Below, piece by piece: positions 30,893-40,692 of a DNA stretch of 64,000 nucleotides; the stretch's first letter is position 1, and each line of letters starts with the position of its first letter. The notes beneath the pieces were generated by a model. The model was given only the letters and a program-made list of their open reading frames with translations. It searched no databases and was not told the DNA's origin. Made by a program: the position numbers and the translations under genes. Source of the DNA: an uncultured Faecalibaculum sp. (GTDB taxonomy: Bacteria; Bacillota_I; Bacilli_A; Erysipelotrichales; Erysipelotrichaceae); NCBI RefSeq assembly GCF_910588395.1, contig NZ_CAJUPA010000004.1:18088-82087 (forward strand), read 5' to 3'.

Positions 30893-30978
30893 TGGAATGA
30901 TTCCTCACTTTCAACAGACTCATTATAAACTGTTTGGCATGGTAATTCACCGGTCCGGAAGCATCCGGAAGAGAGCTG

Positions 30979-31347
30979 TTACCGGGACGGGACAATGCGG
31001 GCGCCAAAGGGCATCAGAGCCAGTCTGGCGAACTTGAAACACTGCAGCCCCAGAGGAATGCCAATGATGGTCAGACAGAGCACAGCACCGTTTGCCAGGT
31101 TGCCCAATGCCATTTCCAGACCGCCGAATACCAGCCATAGTACGTTCATGAGAAACGAGACACCGCCTCCGCCGTATTCAATGGTCTTTCCGAAGGGAAA
31201 GGCCACAAAGGAAGCGAATTTGAAACATTCAGTGCCAACGGGAATACCCACAATGGTGATGCACCAGACAATACCCACGAAAATCCAGCCCAGGGCCATC
31301 CAGAGACCGGCAAAAATGAACCAGAATATATTTGCAATTGATGACAT
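30979..31347 (-). CDS. YccF domain inner membrane protein
   Basis: Two repeats of N..W...GG...TIIGIP.G..CFK.A....PFG. Confidence 0.92.
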   Translation of the reverse strand: MSSIANIFWFIFAGLWMALGWIFVGIVWCITIVGIPVGTECFKFASFVAFPFGKTIEYGGGGVSFLMNVLWLVFGGLEMALGNLANGAVLCLTIIGIPLGLQCFKFARLALMPFGARIVPSR

Positions 31348-31465
31348 AGTCATGACTCCTTTATGACAGGTTGCATGGACCTGCCAGAATCAAGGTATCA
31401 CAGACATATTCGTTTTCCGCGACGGAAGCCACTGCTGCAGGCAGGCTTAAGGGAATGATAAGGAT

Positions 31466-32617
31466 TCAGGCAATCAGTGAAGCCGGAGCTTCCCGGGCTT
31501 CCAGATTTTTCCACTCCCGGTCATACTGTTCCTTCACCTGCTGCACAAACCTGTGCATCTCCGGCGTGGATTTCCAGCTGGTGAGATCCGTGAAGATTTC
31601 GTCCATGGTCTGCGGATCTGTGATTTCCACCGGTTTGTATCCCAGGCATTTGGGCATGTTCACCAGCCGGCTTTTCTGTTCCATCCAGGATTCTTCCTCC
31701 ACCACCATGGCACAGCGCTTTCCGGAGCAGAGATAGAAGACCCGTCTGTCCTGAAAGGGATCTTCCAGCAGAGTGCCGGGAATCATCTGAAAGTCCATGC
31801 TGTGATTCGGCAATGCAAAGGAGGATTTCTTCTTTTTCTGCCGGCTCTGTTCCTTCTTTTTCTGCCGTGCCTTGATTTCCTTCATCCGCTGTTTGACTTT
31901 CTGAAGCTCGGAAGGATAGAGAAAACCGCTGACAATGCCGGCTTCTGCTGAAGCGATGCTGTATTCTTCCGCTCCTTTCAGCCACAGCTGACAGTTGTCC
32001 GCTGTGATATTGAACAGATCGAAAGGTCCTTTTTCCAGAACCGTCAGATACAGTCTGTCCTCCGCCTCTCTGGTGACCAGCGCCCAGCCATCGGCTGTAC
32101 GGAGAATATCACCGGGTCTGGGAATCACGGAAGGGTCTGCCTGCCGGATGGCCAGAAGCCGCGTCACATAGGCAAAATCATCCGAATCCAGCGACCTGGA
32201 CCAGCTGAGAAGTTTGATTGCCGGCAGAGCAACAGGTCTGGAAAGGTCAAACCAGGAACAGACCGTGGACTCCCGCTGCTCACCAAAATGCTCAAAGGAA
32301 TCATAGAACCGGGGACGCAATGCCCACCATCGCAGCCGGTTCGGATTGTCCGGTTCTTTATGGGAAGCCGGAATTCCGATGATTCCCCTGCGGTTTACCT
32401 TCAGAACGAGATAGGGACGGCAGCGGTGGCCTTCTCTAACACCGGAAAGTTCCCAGTCCTTCAGCGGCATTTCACAGTACACCACATCCCCGCAGGCACA
32501 GCGATTCAGAACTCTCTGAGATTCCTTTGTCTGTCTTCGATGGAATCTGCTGCACTTGAGCAGCCAGACAGTTTTCAGACGCTGAACCAGCTGCCTGATA
32601 CTCCCTTTCTTCTTCAT
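31466..32617 (-). CDS. Hypothetical protein with an N-terminal PemK/MazF-like domain
   Basis: GDVVYCEMP...GHRCRPYLVL pattern; GGAAGGAGG RBS. Confidence 0.65.
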   Translation of the reverse strand: MKKKGSIRQLVQRLKTVWLLKCSRFHRRQTKESQRVLNRCACGDVVYCEMPLKDWELSGVREGHRCRPYLVLKVNRRGIIGIPASHKEPDNPNRLRWWALRPRFYDSFEHFGEQRESTVCSWFDLSRPVALPAIKLLSWSRSLDSDDFAYVTRLLAIRQADPSVIPRPGDILRTADGWALVTREAEDRLYLTVLEKGPFDLFNITADNCQLWLKGAEEYSIASAEAGIVSGFLYPSELQKVKQRMKEIKARQKKKEQSRQKKKKSSFALPNHSMDFQMIPGTLLEDPFQDRRVFYLCSGKRCAMVVEEESWMEQKSRLVNMPKCLGYKPVEITDPQTMDEIFTDLTSWKSTPEMHRFVQQVKEQYDREWKNLEAREAPASLIA

Positions 32618-32932
32618 GAACTATGCCTCCTTCCGCTTTTCTGTATTGTGACACGGAAAGAGGCAGCATGGATGCCAGATTGAGAAACCGGTTCCATTGC
32701 GTGACTTTCGTAACACCACACAAGAATATCTGCTCACACTTGGTTTGCCGATAGACTGCACGTTATTGAGGAAATCCGTTATCTGTGTTTCCTCCTGTGA
32801 GCTCACTTATAATCCAGGCTCCACTGCGAAAACCCGACAACCTGATGAGCCCTCTCCCCCTCCATCGCCAAAAAGACCCGGAACGCACAATACCGCATGC
32901 ATTCCGGATCTTTACCCGTCATCTCTTATCTG

Positions 32933-34216
32933 TTATCTGTGTCTGCCCTTTGCAGGACGCCGTCCGGGTTTCACACCCCGGGCGCTGCCCGGTACCCCAT
33001 GACCTTTCACTGGCCGGGCCGGTCTGCCACCTGCTGCGGGTTTCTTCGAAGAATACTTCCCTTTCTTGATTCCCCGGTAAGTCAGCAGACAAACCGTTTC
33101 AATGTGTTCCGTGTTGGGGAACATATCCACCGGGTAAATCGTATCGGTATAGTAGCCGAACCGCTTGAACTTGATCAGATCCCGCGCCTGTGTCCTGGGA
33201 TCGCAGGAAATATACAGGATCTTCTTCGGTTTCAGACCGCAGGCAGCTTCAATGAACGCCTCTGTGGTTCCGGCTCTGGGAGGATCCAGAACAATCGCGT
33301 CAAAGGATGTGTGGAATTTTCTGGCTTCCATCATGAACTGCGTGGAATCCATTGCCACGAATCTCGCATTCCGGATGCCGTTCTGCCGGGCGTTGTAGAT
33401 CGCGTTCTTGACCGCATCCTTATTGATTTCCACACCGGTGACTTCTTTGCAGGAAGAAGCCAGTGTCAGTCCGATGGTTCCCACACCGCAATACGTATCC
33501 AGCACTTTGTCCTCCGGCGTCAGCTGCAGGAGATCCCTGGCCAGTCCATAGAGTTTCTCGCACTGGTCGTGGTGAATCTGGTAGAAGGCACTGGCGGTGA
33601 AGGAAATCTTCAATCCGCACAGATTGTCCGTGATCATGCCGTTGCCATAGAGAACAATGGATTCATCCTGCAGCACCACACTGGTGTCCCGGGGATTGAT
33701 GTTCTGGATTACGGTCTTGACCTGGGGGAACCGGCTCACCAGTGCATTCACCAGGTTCCGGCGTCCCGGCAGCTGTTTCGAGCTGGTGACCAGAACCACC
33801 ATGACTTCATCGGTTTCCTTGGCCCAGCGCAGCAGTACATGGCGCAGAATGCCGGTCCCGGTCCGCTCGTTGTACAGCTCGTATTTCATGCTGGCAACCG
33901 TTTCGGTGATGAAATCAATGATCTCGTTCAGCAGCGCCGGGTGCATGGCGCAGCCTTTTGTGTCTATGACTTTATGGCTTTTGGGTGCATACAGGCCGCT
34001 GTAGATTTTTTTCTGTTTGTCCTTGGCAAAGCCCACAATGACCTTGTTCCGGTAGCCGATGGCACTGGCAGCCATCATCACCGGCTCCACTTTCACATCA
34101 AGACCGGCGCTTTTCATCAGGTCCGTGACCTGCTCCCGTTTCTGCTGGGCCTGTTTCAGACTGGGCACAGCCAGCAGCGAACAGCCGCCGCAGAGTTTCT
34201 GTACATTACATCGCAT
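32933..34216 (-). CDS. rlmD: 23S rRNA (uracil-C5)-methyltransferase RlmD family
   Basis: C..CGGC Fe-S motif, YRNK, AFYQ, DTYCGVG, DPPRAG, YISCDP, DMFPNTEHIE. Confidence 0.9.
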   Translation of the reverse strand: MRCNVQKLCGGCSLLAVPSLKQAQQKREQVTDLMKSAGLDVKVEPVMMAASAIGYRNKVIVGFAKDKQKKIYSGLYAPKSHKVIDTKGCAMHPALLNEIIDFITETVASMKYELYNERTGTGILRHVLLRWAKETDEVMVVLVTSSKQLPGRRNLVNALVSRFPQVKTVIQNINPRDTSVVLQDESIVLYGNGMITDNLCGLKISFTASAFYQIHHDQCEKLYGLARDLLQLTPEDKVLDTYCGVGTIGLTLASSCKEVTGVEINKDAVKNAIYNARQNGIRNARFVAMDSTQFMMEARKFHTSFDAIVLDPPRAGTTEAFIEAACGLKPKKILYISCDPRTQARDLIKFKRFGYYTDTIYPVDMFPNTEHIETVCLLTYRGIKKGKYSSKKPAAGGRPARPVKGHGVPGSARGVKPGRRPAKGRHR

Positions 34217-34221
34217 GGATG

Positions 34222-34830
34222 TCACCTCTGGTTTCTTTCAATTCTGTCTATGTCATTATCGCATCTGGCAGCAATGTCCGGGTACACAATGACCGGTGCC
34301 GGATTTTCTTCGTGGATCCCCAGCATTTTTTCCATCCACACCATGTCATACCAGCGGCTGAATTTGAATCCGCAGTCATGGAATTCTCCCACCAGGGAAT
34401 ACCCGAGATGCTCATGGAACCGGATGCTGGCATCACTCAGATATTCATCCGCTTCCCCTTTCGGACATGCAATGCAGGCATTGAGGTTCAGGATTCCCAT
34501 GGCTCCGGCTGCTTCTTCCAGGGCTTCATACAGCTTCCGGCCATATCCCTTTCCCCGCAGATCGTGGTCCAGGTAGATGGATGTTTCCGCACACCATTCA
34601 TAGGCTTTCCGGGGATGAAAAGCGCTGAGATAGCCATATCCCAGGATCCTTCCCCCATCCCGGAGTACCAGCCAGGGAAACCTGGTCTGGGTATCCGCGA
34701 TCCGCTGTCTGAACTCAGTCAGCGACGGAACATCCCATTCAAAGGTGATGGCTGTGTTCTGCACATACCAGGCATAGATCTCCAGCAGTTCTTCTGCCTG
34801 CTGGAGCTGCGCATTCTCAATCGTCACCAT
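34222..34830 (-). CDS. GNAT acetyltransferase (phosphinothricin/YncA-like)
   Basis: TAITFE, RKAYEW, SIYL, RGKGYGRKLY, GFKFSRWYD. Confidence 0.92.
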   Translation of the reverse strand: MVTIENAQLQQAEELLEIYAWYVQNTAITFEWDVPSLTEFRQRIADTQTRFPWLVLRDGGRILGYGYLSAFHPRKAYEWCAETSIYLDHDLRGKGYGRKLYEALEEAAGAMGILNLNACIACPKGEADEYLSDASIRFHEHLGYSLVGEFHDCGFKFSRWYDMVWMEKMLGIHEENPAPVIVYPDIAARCDNDIDRIERNQR

Positions 34831-34994
34831 GTATCTTTCCTCCCGGCTCTGTCTGATAAGGGCAGTGTCCGACTTGTCTGCCTGCCGTGTGACAGAGACG
34901 GAATCATTGTATCAGACAGAACATCTGTCACTGAAAGCATCTGGCTGCCATGACGAAAAAAAACCGTTTGTCCACAGAAGAAAAAACGGTTTCA

Positions 34995-35618
34995 TCACGC
35001 CATCAGCAGCTGTGCCTGCCGCACAATTGCCGGCATGTTCATTGTCGCAAAATCCAGAGGCCGGATCAGAGCACAGTGCCGCTTTTCATCCTGGCTCAGT
35101 CCCTGAAACGCCGCGGCTGCCTGGGGAGCATAGAGAACCACATCCGCCAGAGCGGCTTTCCACCGGGCCTGTTCAATGGTGGACCAGTCTGCTTCCACGT
35201 TCCAGCCATGCTGCCTGGCAAGCTCATTGATGTGGGCAGCCGCCAGAGAAGAGGTAATGCCGGTGGTGCAGATGATAAGCAGTTTCATGGGGGCATGATC
35301 CAGGACCTGCTGGACATCCTGGGGGGAATTCCGGTACAGGGCTTCAAAGAATGCATGGATGTGGTCATAGAACACAATGGCATCATTTCCATCAAAATGC
35401 GCCCAGAAACAGCGTTCCGGAATGTCCATCTCCACGATGGTGTTTTCCCACAGCCGGATCATACCCACGGCTTCTTCATTGTGAAACCATACTGCCTGCA
35501 TTTCCCTGCTTGTCAGCGCCCCATTCAGTTCCCGGGCCTGATCGAATATCGCCTGCGCCAGGGAGCCCTCGCCAAATGTCATGTTCATGTCATGTATCTT
35601 ATGCTGACAACTCAACAT
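34995..35618 (-). CDS. Hypothetical protein with a C-terminal PTS EIIB-like domain (start uncertain)
   Basis: KLLIICTTGITSSL...DVVLYAPQ...DFATMN resembles Lac/Chb-type EIIB. Confidence 0.7.
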   Translation of the reverse strand: MLSCQHKIHDMNMTFGEGSLAQAIFDQARELNGALTSREMQAVWFHNEEAVGMIRLWENTIVEMDIPERCFWAHFDGNDAIVFYDHIHAFFEALYRNSPQDVQQVLDHAPMKLLIICTTGITSSLAAAHINELARQHGWNVEADWSTIEQARWKAALADVVLYAPQAAAAFQGLSQDEKRHCALIRPLDFATMNMPAIVRQAQLLMA

Positions 35619-35822
35619 TGTCTAGACAAAAGCTCTGATTCAAAACCTGTGATACAGGGCGCCTCCATTCATCCGCTTACATGCAGGCCTGCATCCGGAT
35701 ATGTCTGGAAAACGCATCCCGGCAGGAAGACTGAAGCCATTTCTCTCCATGCGAAAAACAGCTTCCTTCTGTCTTCCTTATATATTGGGAGCAAAGCGGT
35801 TCGAACCAGGTTCTGCCCTGTC

Positions 35823-35848
35823 AAAAAGCCGGCCACAGGCCGGCTTTT
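35823..35848. terminator. htpG terminator
   Basis: AAAAAGCCGGCC-ACA-GGCCGGCTTTT. Confidence 0.8.
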
Positions 35849-35878
35849 CATCAGCAGATCATTCCGTACAGGTCAGAT

Positions 35879-37762
35879 TCAGGCAATCAGCTCTGTGACC
35901 TTCCGGGCGTAGTCAATGGGATCCTTGACCGGGAAGCCTTCGATGAGCAGTGCCTGGTCGTACAGGACTTCCGTGATGGCTTTCGCTTTCTCAGGATCGG
36001 ACTGCCAGGTGTCTTTGAGGAGGCCGAAGATCCGGGAATCGGGGTTGATTTCCAGGATCCGGTCAGCTTTCAGAGGGGGCATGCCGGAGTCCTGCTGGGC
36101 GGCCATGGCGGCATAGACTTTCTCCATTTCAAAGGACAGACCATCGCCGGCGACGAGCGTTACGGGGTCGTCCACGAGGCGGGCGGAGAGACGGACTTCG
36201 CTGACTTCAGGCAGAGCGTCTTTCATGAAGATCAGCAGGTCTTTGTTTTCTTCGGAGGTCTTCTCCAGCTGTTCTTTTTCTTCTTCGCTCTGGAGATCCA
36301 GGTTGGCGCTGGAGGCGTTGGTGAAGGCATGATCTTTGTACTGACCGAGGGTCTGCATGACAAACTCATCCACTTCCGCGGTGAGAATCAGAGCCTGGTA
36401 GCCTTTTTTCTGCAGGGATTTCACAACAGGGAGTTTCGCCGCTGCTTCGGTGTCCCGGGCGGAGACATAGTAGATGTCTTTCTGGTCTTCGGGCATGGCA
36501 GAGACAAATTCCTGGAGTGTCACGAGTTTGCCGCCGTCTGTGGTGTAGAACATCAGCAGGTTTTCCAGTTTGTCCCGGTCTGCGCCGAAGGAGGAGTAAA
36601 TGCCGAACTTGATGTCCAGGCCGAAGTTCTTCCAAAACTTCTCATACTGTTCCCGGTCTTTGGCGAGCATGGCGCCGAGTTCATTGAGGACCTTGCGCTC
36701 GATGCGGTTTTTGATCAGCCGCAGCTGGTGGTCATGCTGGAGCATTTCCCGGGAGATGTTCAGTGAGAGATCCTGGGAGTCCACAAGGCCTTTCACGAAG
36801 CGCAGATACGGCGGGAGCAGTTCTTCGCAGTGATCCATGATGAACACACCGCGGGAATACAGCTGCAGACCGGGTTTGTAGTCCTGGGAGTAGAATCCTT
36901 CGGGGACACGGCTGGGGATGTACAGCAGCGCGGTGAAATCCACGTTTCCTTCGACGTTGAAGAAAATCGTCTTCATGGGTTCCAGGTAGTCAAAGAAGTG
37001 CTGTTTGTAGAAGGAAGCCAGTTCCTCTTCGGTGACTTCGGATTTGGGGCGCTTCCAGAGAGGCACCATGGAGTTCAGGGTTTTGTCCTCGGATTCCGTT
37101 TTCGTTTCACCGTCCACTTCGGTGGTGGTTTCCACGGTCATTTTGATGGGATAACGGATGTAGTCGGAATACTTTTTGACGAGATCCTGTACCCGGTAGC
37201 TCTGGAGATACTGGGAGTAGTCTTCTGTGTCATCATCGGCTTTCAGATGCAGGACGAGAACCGTTCCCCGTTCTTCCTTGTCGCAGGGTTCGATTTCATA
37301 TCCTTCGGCACCTTCGGATTTCCATTCCCAGGCGTCCTGGCTGCCGGCGGCTTTTGTATAGACCGTGACCTGGTCAGCGACCATGAAGGCGGAATAGAAG
37401 CCCACACCGAACTGTCCGATGATGTCGGACTGGTCCTTGTCCTGTTTCTTCAGTTCTTCCTTGAAGGCCAGGGTGCCGCTCTTGGCGATGGTGCCCAGGT
37501 TCTCCTCCAGCTCTTCTTTGGTCATGCCGATGCCGTTGTCGGTGAGGGTCAGGGTGCGGTCGGTTTCGTTGAGTTCGATCCGGATCTGCAGATCCCCGGG
37601 TTCCTCATGGTTTTCCAGCGCCCAGTGGTAATACTTGTCCAGGGCGTCAGATGCGTTGGAGATCAGTTCCCGAAGGAAGATCTCTTTGTGTGTGTAGATG
37701 GAATTGATCATCAGATCCAGCAGTCGCCGGCTCTCAGCCTGAAATTCTTTTTTCTCAGCCAT
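35879..37762 (-). CDS. htpG: Chaperone HtpG (Hsp90)
   Basis: FLRELISNASDA, DNGIGM, IGQFGVGFYSAF, LNISRE; GGAGGTG RBS. Confidence 0.97.
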   Translation of the reverse strand: MAEKKEFQAESRRLLDLMINSIYTHKEIFLRELISNASDALDKYYHWALENHEEPGDLQIRIELNETDRTLTLTDNGIGMTKEELEENLGTIAKSGTLAFKEELKKQDKDQSDIIGQFGVGFYSAFMVADQVTVYTKAAGSQDAWEWKSEGAEGYEIEPCDKEERGTVLVLHLKADDDTEDYSQYLQSYRVQDLVKKYSDYIRYPIKMTVETTTEVDGETKTESEDKTLNSMVPLWKRPKSEVTEEELASFYKQHFFDYLEPMKTIFFNVEGNVDFTALLYIPSRVPEGFYSQDYKPGLQLYSRGVFIMDHCEELLPPYLRFVKGLVDSQDLSLNISREMLQHDHQLRLIKNRIERKVLNELGAMLAKDREQYEKFWKNFGLDIKFGIYSSFGADRDKLENLLMFYTTDGGKLVTLQEFVSAMPEDQKDIYYVSARDTEAAAKLPVVKSLQKKGYQALILTAEVDEFVMQTLGQYKDHAFTNASSANLDLQSEEEKEQLEKTSEENKDLLIFMKDALPEVSEVRLSARLVDDPVTLVAGDGLSFEMEKVYAAMAAQQDSGMPPLKADRILEINPDSRIFGLLKDTWQSDPEKAKAITEVLYDQALLIEGFPVKDPIDYARKVTELIA

Positions 37763-37802
37763 GATTGTCACCTCCGTGATGTGAGTCAGTATACACCTGT
37801 TT

Positions 37803-37829
37803 TTGGCAAATTCAAGTATTGAGTGCCAA
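37803..37829 (-). promoter_or_regulatory. Degenerate CIRCE (HrcA operator)
   Basis: TTGGCACTC-N9-ATTTGCCAA versus consensus TTAGCACTC-N9-GAGTGCTAA. Confidence 0.6.
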
Positions 37830-38059
37830 TCCGGTGTTCCTTCGAATATTGTATACCATTGTGTGTACTCTGCCGGGAGCGGGATGACCGGCAATCCTTT
37901 GCGGTGGCAGGACTCTGGCAGGGTCCGGGTGGTTCAGGCGGATTGCAGCCGGAGGACGAAACCGGATGACGCAAAAACCGCGACAGGCAATCAGAAATGC
38001 TGTCACGGTCTGGTATGAATCAGGACAGAGCCAATCCGAACCCGGCTGCTTTCGGCGGA

Positions 38060-38659
38060 TTACCGGGTCCTGCTGTTTTCTTCTGTCTGACGGAGTATGT
38101 CCGTCACGGTTTTCCAGTCTTCTTCGGACTGTTCCCTGGTATGGCCTTCATAGGCTCCCATGTAGGGCTGAAATCCCAGGCGGCTGTAGAGTTTGATGGC
38201 TCCGTAGCTCTGGGACTGGGTGGATAGATACAGAGGATAGGATCCGGGCATGGCATCGTATTCCCTGGCGAGGGCGGTGATGAGGGTTCTGGCCAGTCCT
38301 TTGTGCTGATGATTCAGGCTGGTGGCAACCCAGTGCAGGCGGAGTCTGCCGGGAAAATCATGTCCCGGAAACAGACCGGCTGTGGCCGCAAGATCGTTGT
38401 CCGGTCCGAGGATGAACCGGAAATGTTCCCGGAGCTTCTCCGGGTCTTCCTGTTCCATTTTGTCCCACTGCGCCAGTCCGGCTTCTTCGTCTTTGACCAG
38501 ACCGGTTTCCACCATGAGGCGGGCCCAGGGTTGCCGGAGGTCCGGATTGTAAGGTGCCCAGGTATATCCCGGGGCAAGAGGCTGTTCTTCCTGAATCGTC
38601 TTCCGGGGGAGAACCATGAGAACTTTGGTAAATGGTATGGTTGCATCACATATTGTCAT
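38060..38659 (-). CDS. GNAT family acetyltransferase
   Basis: LHWVAT..HQHKGLA, YLSTQSQS..AIKLYSRLGF. Confidence 0.88.
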   Translation of the reverse strand: MTICDATIPFTKVLMVLPRKTIQEEQPLAPGYTWAPYNPDLRQPWARLMVETGLVKDEEAGLAQWDKMEQEDPEKLREHFRFILGPDNDLAATAGLFPGHDFPGRLRLHWVATSLNHQHKGLARTLITALAREYDAMPGSYPLYLSTQSQSYGAIKLYSRLGFQPYMGAYEGHTREQSEEDWKTVTDILRQTEENSRTR

Positions 38660-38881
38660 GGCCTGATTGTATCAGCCGGACTGGAAGCAGGCTACAGAAA
38701 ATCCGGAAAAATCAGGGACAGAACTGACTGTCCTTGTATGTCATAGCCGGGTTTTGCAGGGACCGAAATCGGAAAGTGGATATTTTCACGTCTTCACAGT
38801 GAGGAAAGCAGGAAAAAATCGGAAATTTCAAATGTTATATCATTTAGAATTGTGCTATCATTCTTTCGGAGGATTCAAATC

Positions 38882-39580
38882 ATGAAATCAGATAACCTGA
38901 CAGAAAAAACGCTGGCGGCGATGTTCGACCATACACAGCTGGCAACTGATGCAACAGAAGAGGTCATGAAGAAGCTGTGTGATGAGGCACGGGAAATCGG
39001 TGCTGCCATGGTGGCAATCAACCCGTACTGGGTGCCTTTCTGCAAGGAACAGCTGAAAGGGACCGGGGTCCATGTGGGTTCGGCCATTGGCTTTCCCCTG
39101 GGTCAGAACACCCTGGCGACCAAGCTTTTTGAAACGCGGAACTCTCTGGAGGAAGGCGCAGATGAAATCGACTACATGATCAACCAGAGCATGGTCAAAG
39201 CAGGCGACTGGGCAAACGTGGAAAAGGAAATGAAGGAAATCACGGAGATTTCCCATGAATTCCATGCTCCCTGCAAGGTGATTTTCGAGAACTGCAACCT
39301 GACAAAAGAGGAGATCCGGAAGATCGCGGAGATTGCGAAGAAGGTAGGCATCGACTATGTCAAGACCAGCACCGGCAAAGGCAAAGGCGGTGCCACAGTG
39401 GAAGACGTGAAGCTGATGAAGGATGTGGTCGGTGATGCCTGCAAGGTCAAGGCTGCCGGCGGTATCCGGGACTGGGAGACCTGCAAGGCCATGATCGATG
39501 CGGGTGCCGAGCGCATAGGCACGTCTTCTTCCCTGAAGATTCTGGAAGAGTTCAGACGCTCACGTGAACAGCAGTCCTGA
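38882..39580 (+). CDS. deoC: Deoxyribose-phosphate aldolase
   Basis: DHTQL, GFPLG, DEIDY, KVIFE, YVKTSTG, KAAGGIR, RIGTS. Confidence 0.93.
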   Translation: MKSDNLTEKTLAAMFDHTQLATDATEEVMKKLCDEAREIGAAMVAINPYWVPFCKEQLKGTGVHVGSAIGFPLGQNTLATKLFETRNSLEEGADEIDYMINQSMVKAGDWANVEKEMKEITEISHEFHAPCKVIFENCNLTKEEIRKIAEIAKKVGIDYVKTSTGKGKGGATVEDVKLMKDVVGDACKVKAAGGIRDWETCKAMIDAGAERIGTSSSLKILEEFRRSREQQS

Positions 39581-39780
39581 GGGCTGCTGTTCACGACAGC
39601 GTCTTTCGGGTATTGTTCTGAAAACCGCTTTCTGAGTTTCATTCCGGGTGCAGGTCATATCCGCTGGAGCCGATGTGGCTGATGGCATGCGGGAAACCGG
39701 CAAGGCGAACAATCAGAACAGGAGACGGAAGACGATCAAGGCAAGAGACAATTGCGACAGTAAGAAAGGAACGTGTTGTG

Positions 39781-40692
39781 GTGATACCGCTGATTCTTGA
39801 CAGTCTGCACGATTATACGATCTGGGGTGCAGACAACATTTCCCGGGCCCGGGGCCTGGATGAACCCTTTGGTACATGGTGGGAGGTATCTGCTCATCCC
39901 TATTGCCAGTCACCGGTTCTGAACATGCCGGGAAAGAACCTTCTGGAGGTTATTGAAGAAAACCCGGAGGATGTGCTGGGTCCCGGACTGGGTCTGCATG
40001 AAATGCTGCGGCTGGCCTGGCTGGATACCAGGGACCGTCTGTCCATTCAGGTGCATCCCCAGGATGACAATGCCCCGGCAAATGATTTTGGCAAATCCGA
40101 GTCCTGGTACATTCTCGATGCAGAACCCGGCGCCACGCTGGTGGCAGGTACGAATACCACAGATCCGGATGTCATCAAAAAGGCTCTGGAGGATCAGACA
40201 CTTGATGAATATCTGGTAAAATGGCCTGTGAAGAAAGGCGATTTCATTTACATTCCCGCCGGCATGCTGCATGCCCTGGGAGCCGGGATCACAGCCATCG
40301 AAGTGGGCACCAATTCCAATACCACCTACCGCTTTTATGACTATGGCCGCAAAGACGCTGCCGGCCATGAGCGCCCGCTGCATCTGAAGGAGTCTTTCGA
40401 GGTTGCGGATTTTTCCCTGAAACCGGTCTTTGTTCCGGCTTCCGATCAGGATCATGTACTGGCAGATGCGCCGCAGTTCACGGTGCTGGAGCGCTTTGCG
40501 GGTGAGGAACCGGTGGAAATCGAAACGGGAGAAACGTATGTGGTTCTGTCCAACATGGGAGCTGATACGGATGTGACCTGGAACGGCGAGACGTTCCCTC
40601 TCAAGGCGCTGTCCAGTATGGTGGTTCCCTGGAGCGCCGGGAAAGTGACACTGAAGAACGCACACGTTCTGGAAAGCAGGCCCAAAAAATGA
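39781..40692 (+). CDS. manA: Class I mannose-6-phosphate isomerase-like protein (GTG start at 39778 or 39781)
   Basis: IWG, LSIQVHP, GKSESWY, PAGMLHAL, TTYRFYDYGR. Confidence 0.85.
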   Translation: MIPLILDSLHDYTIWGADNISRARGLDEPFGTWWEVSAHPYCQSPVLNMPGKNLLEVIEENPEDVLGPGLGLHEMLRLAWLDTRDRLSIQVHPQDDNAPANDFGKSESWYILDAEPGATLVAGTNTTDPDVIKKALEDQTLDEYLVKWPVKKGDFIYIPAGMLHALGAGITAIEVGTNSNTTYRFYDYGRKDAAGHERPLHLKESFEVADFSLKPVFVPASDQDHVLADAPQFTVLERFAGEEPVEIETGETYVVLSNMGADTDVTWNGETFPLKALSSMVVPWSAGKVTLKNAHVLESRPKK

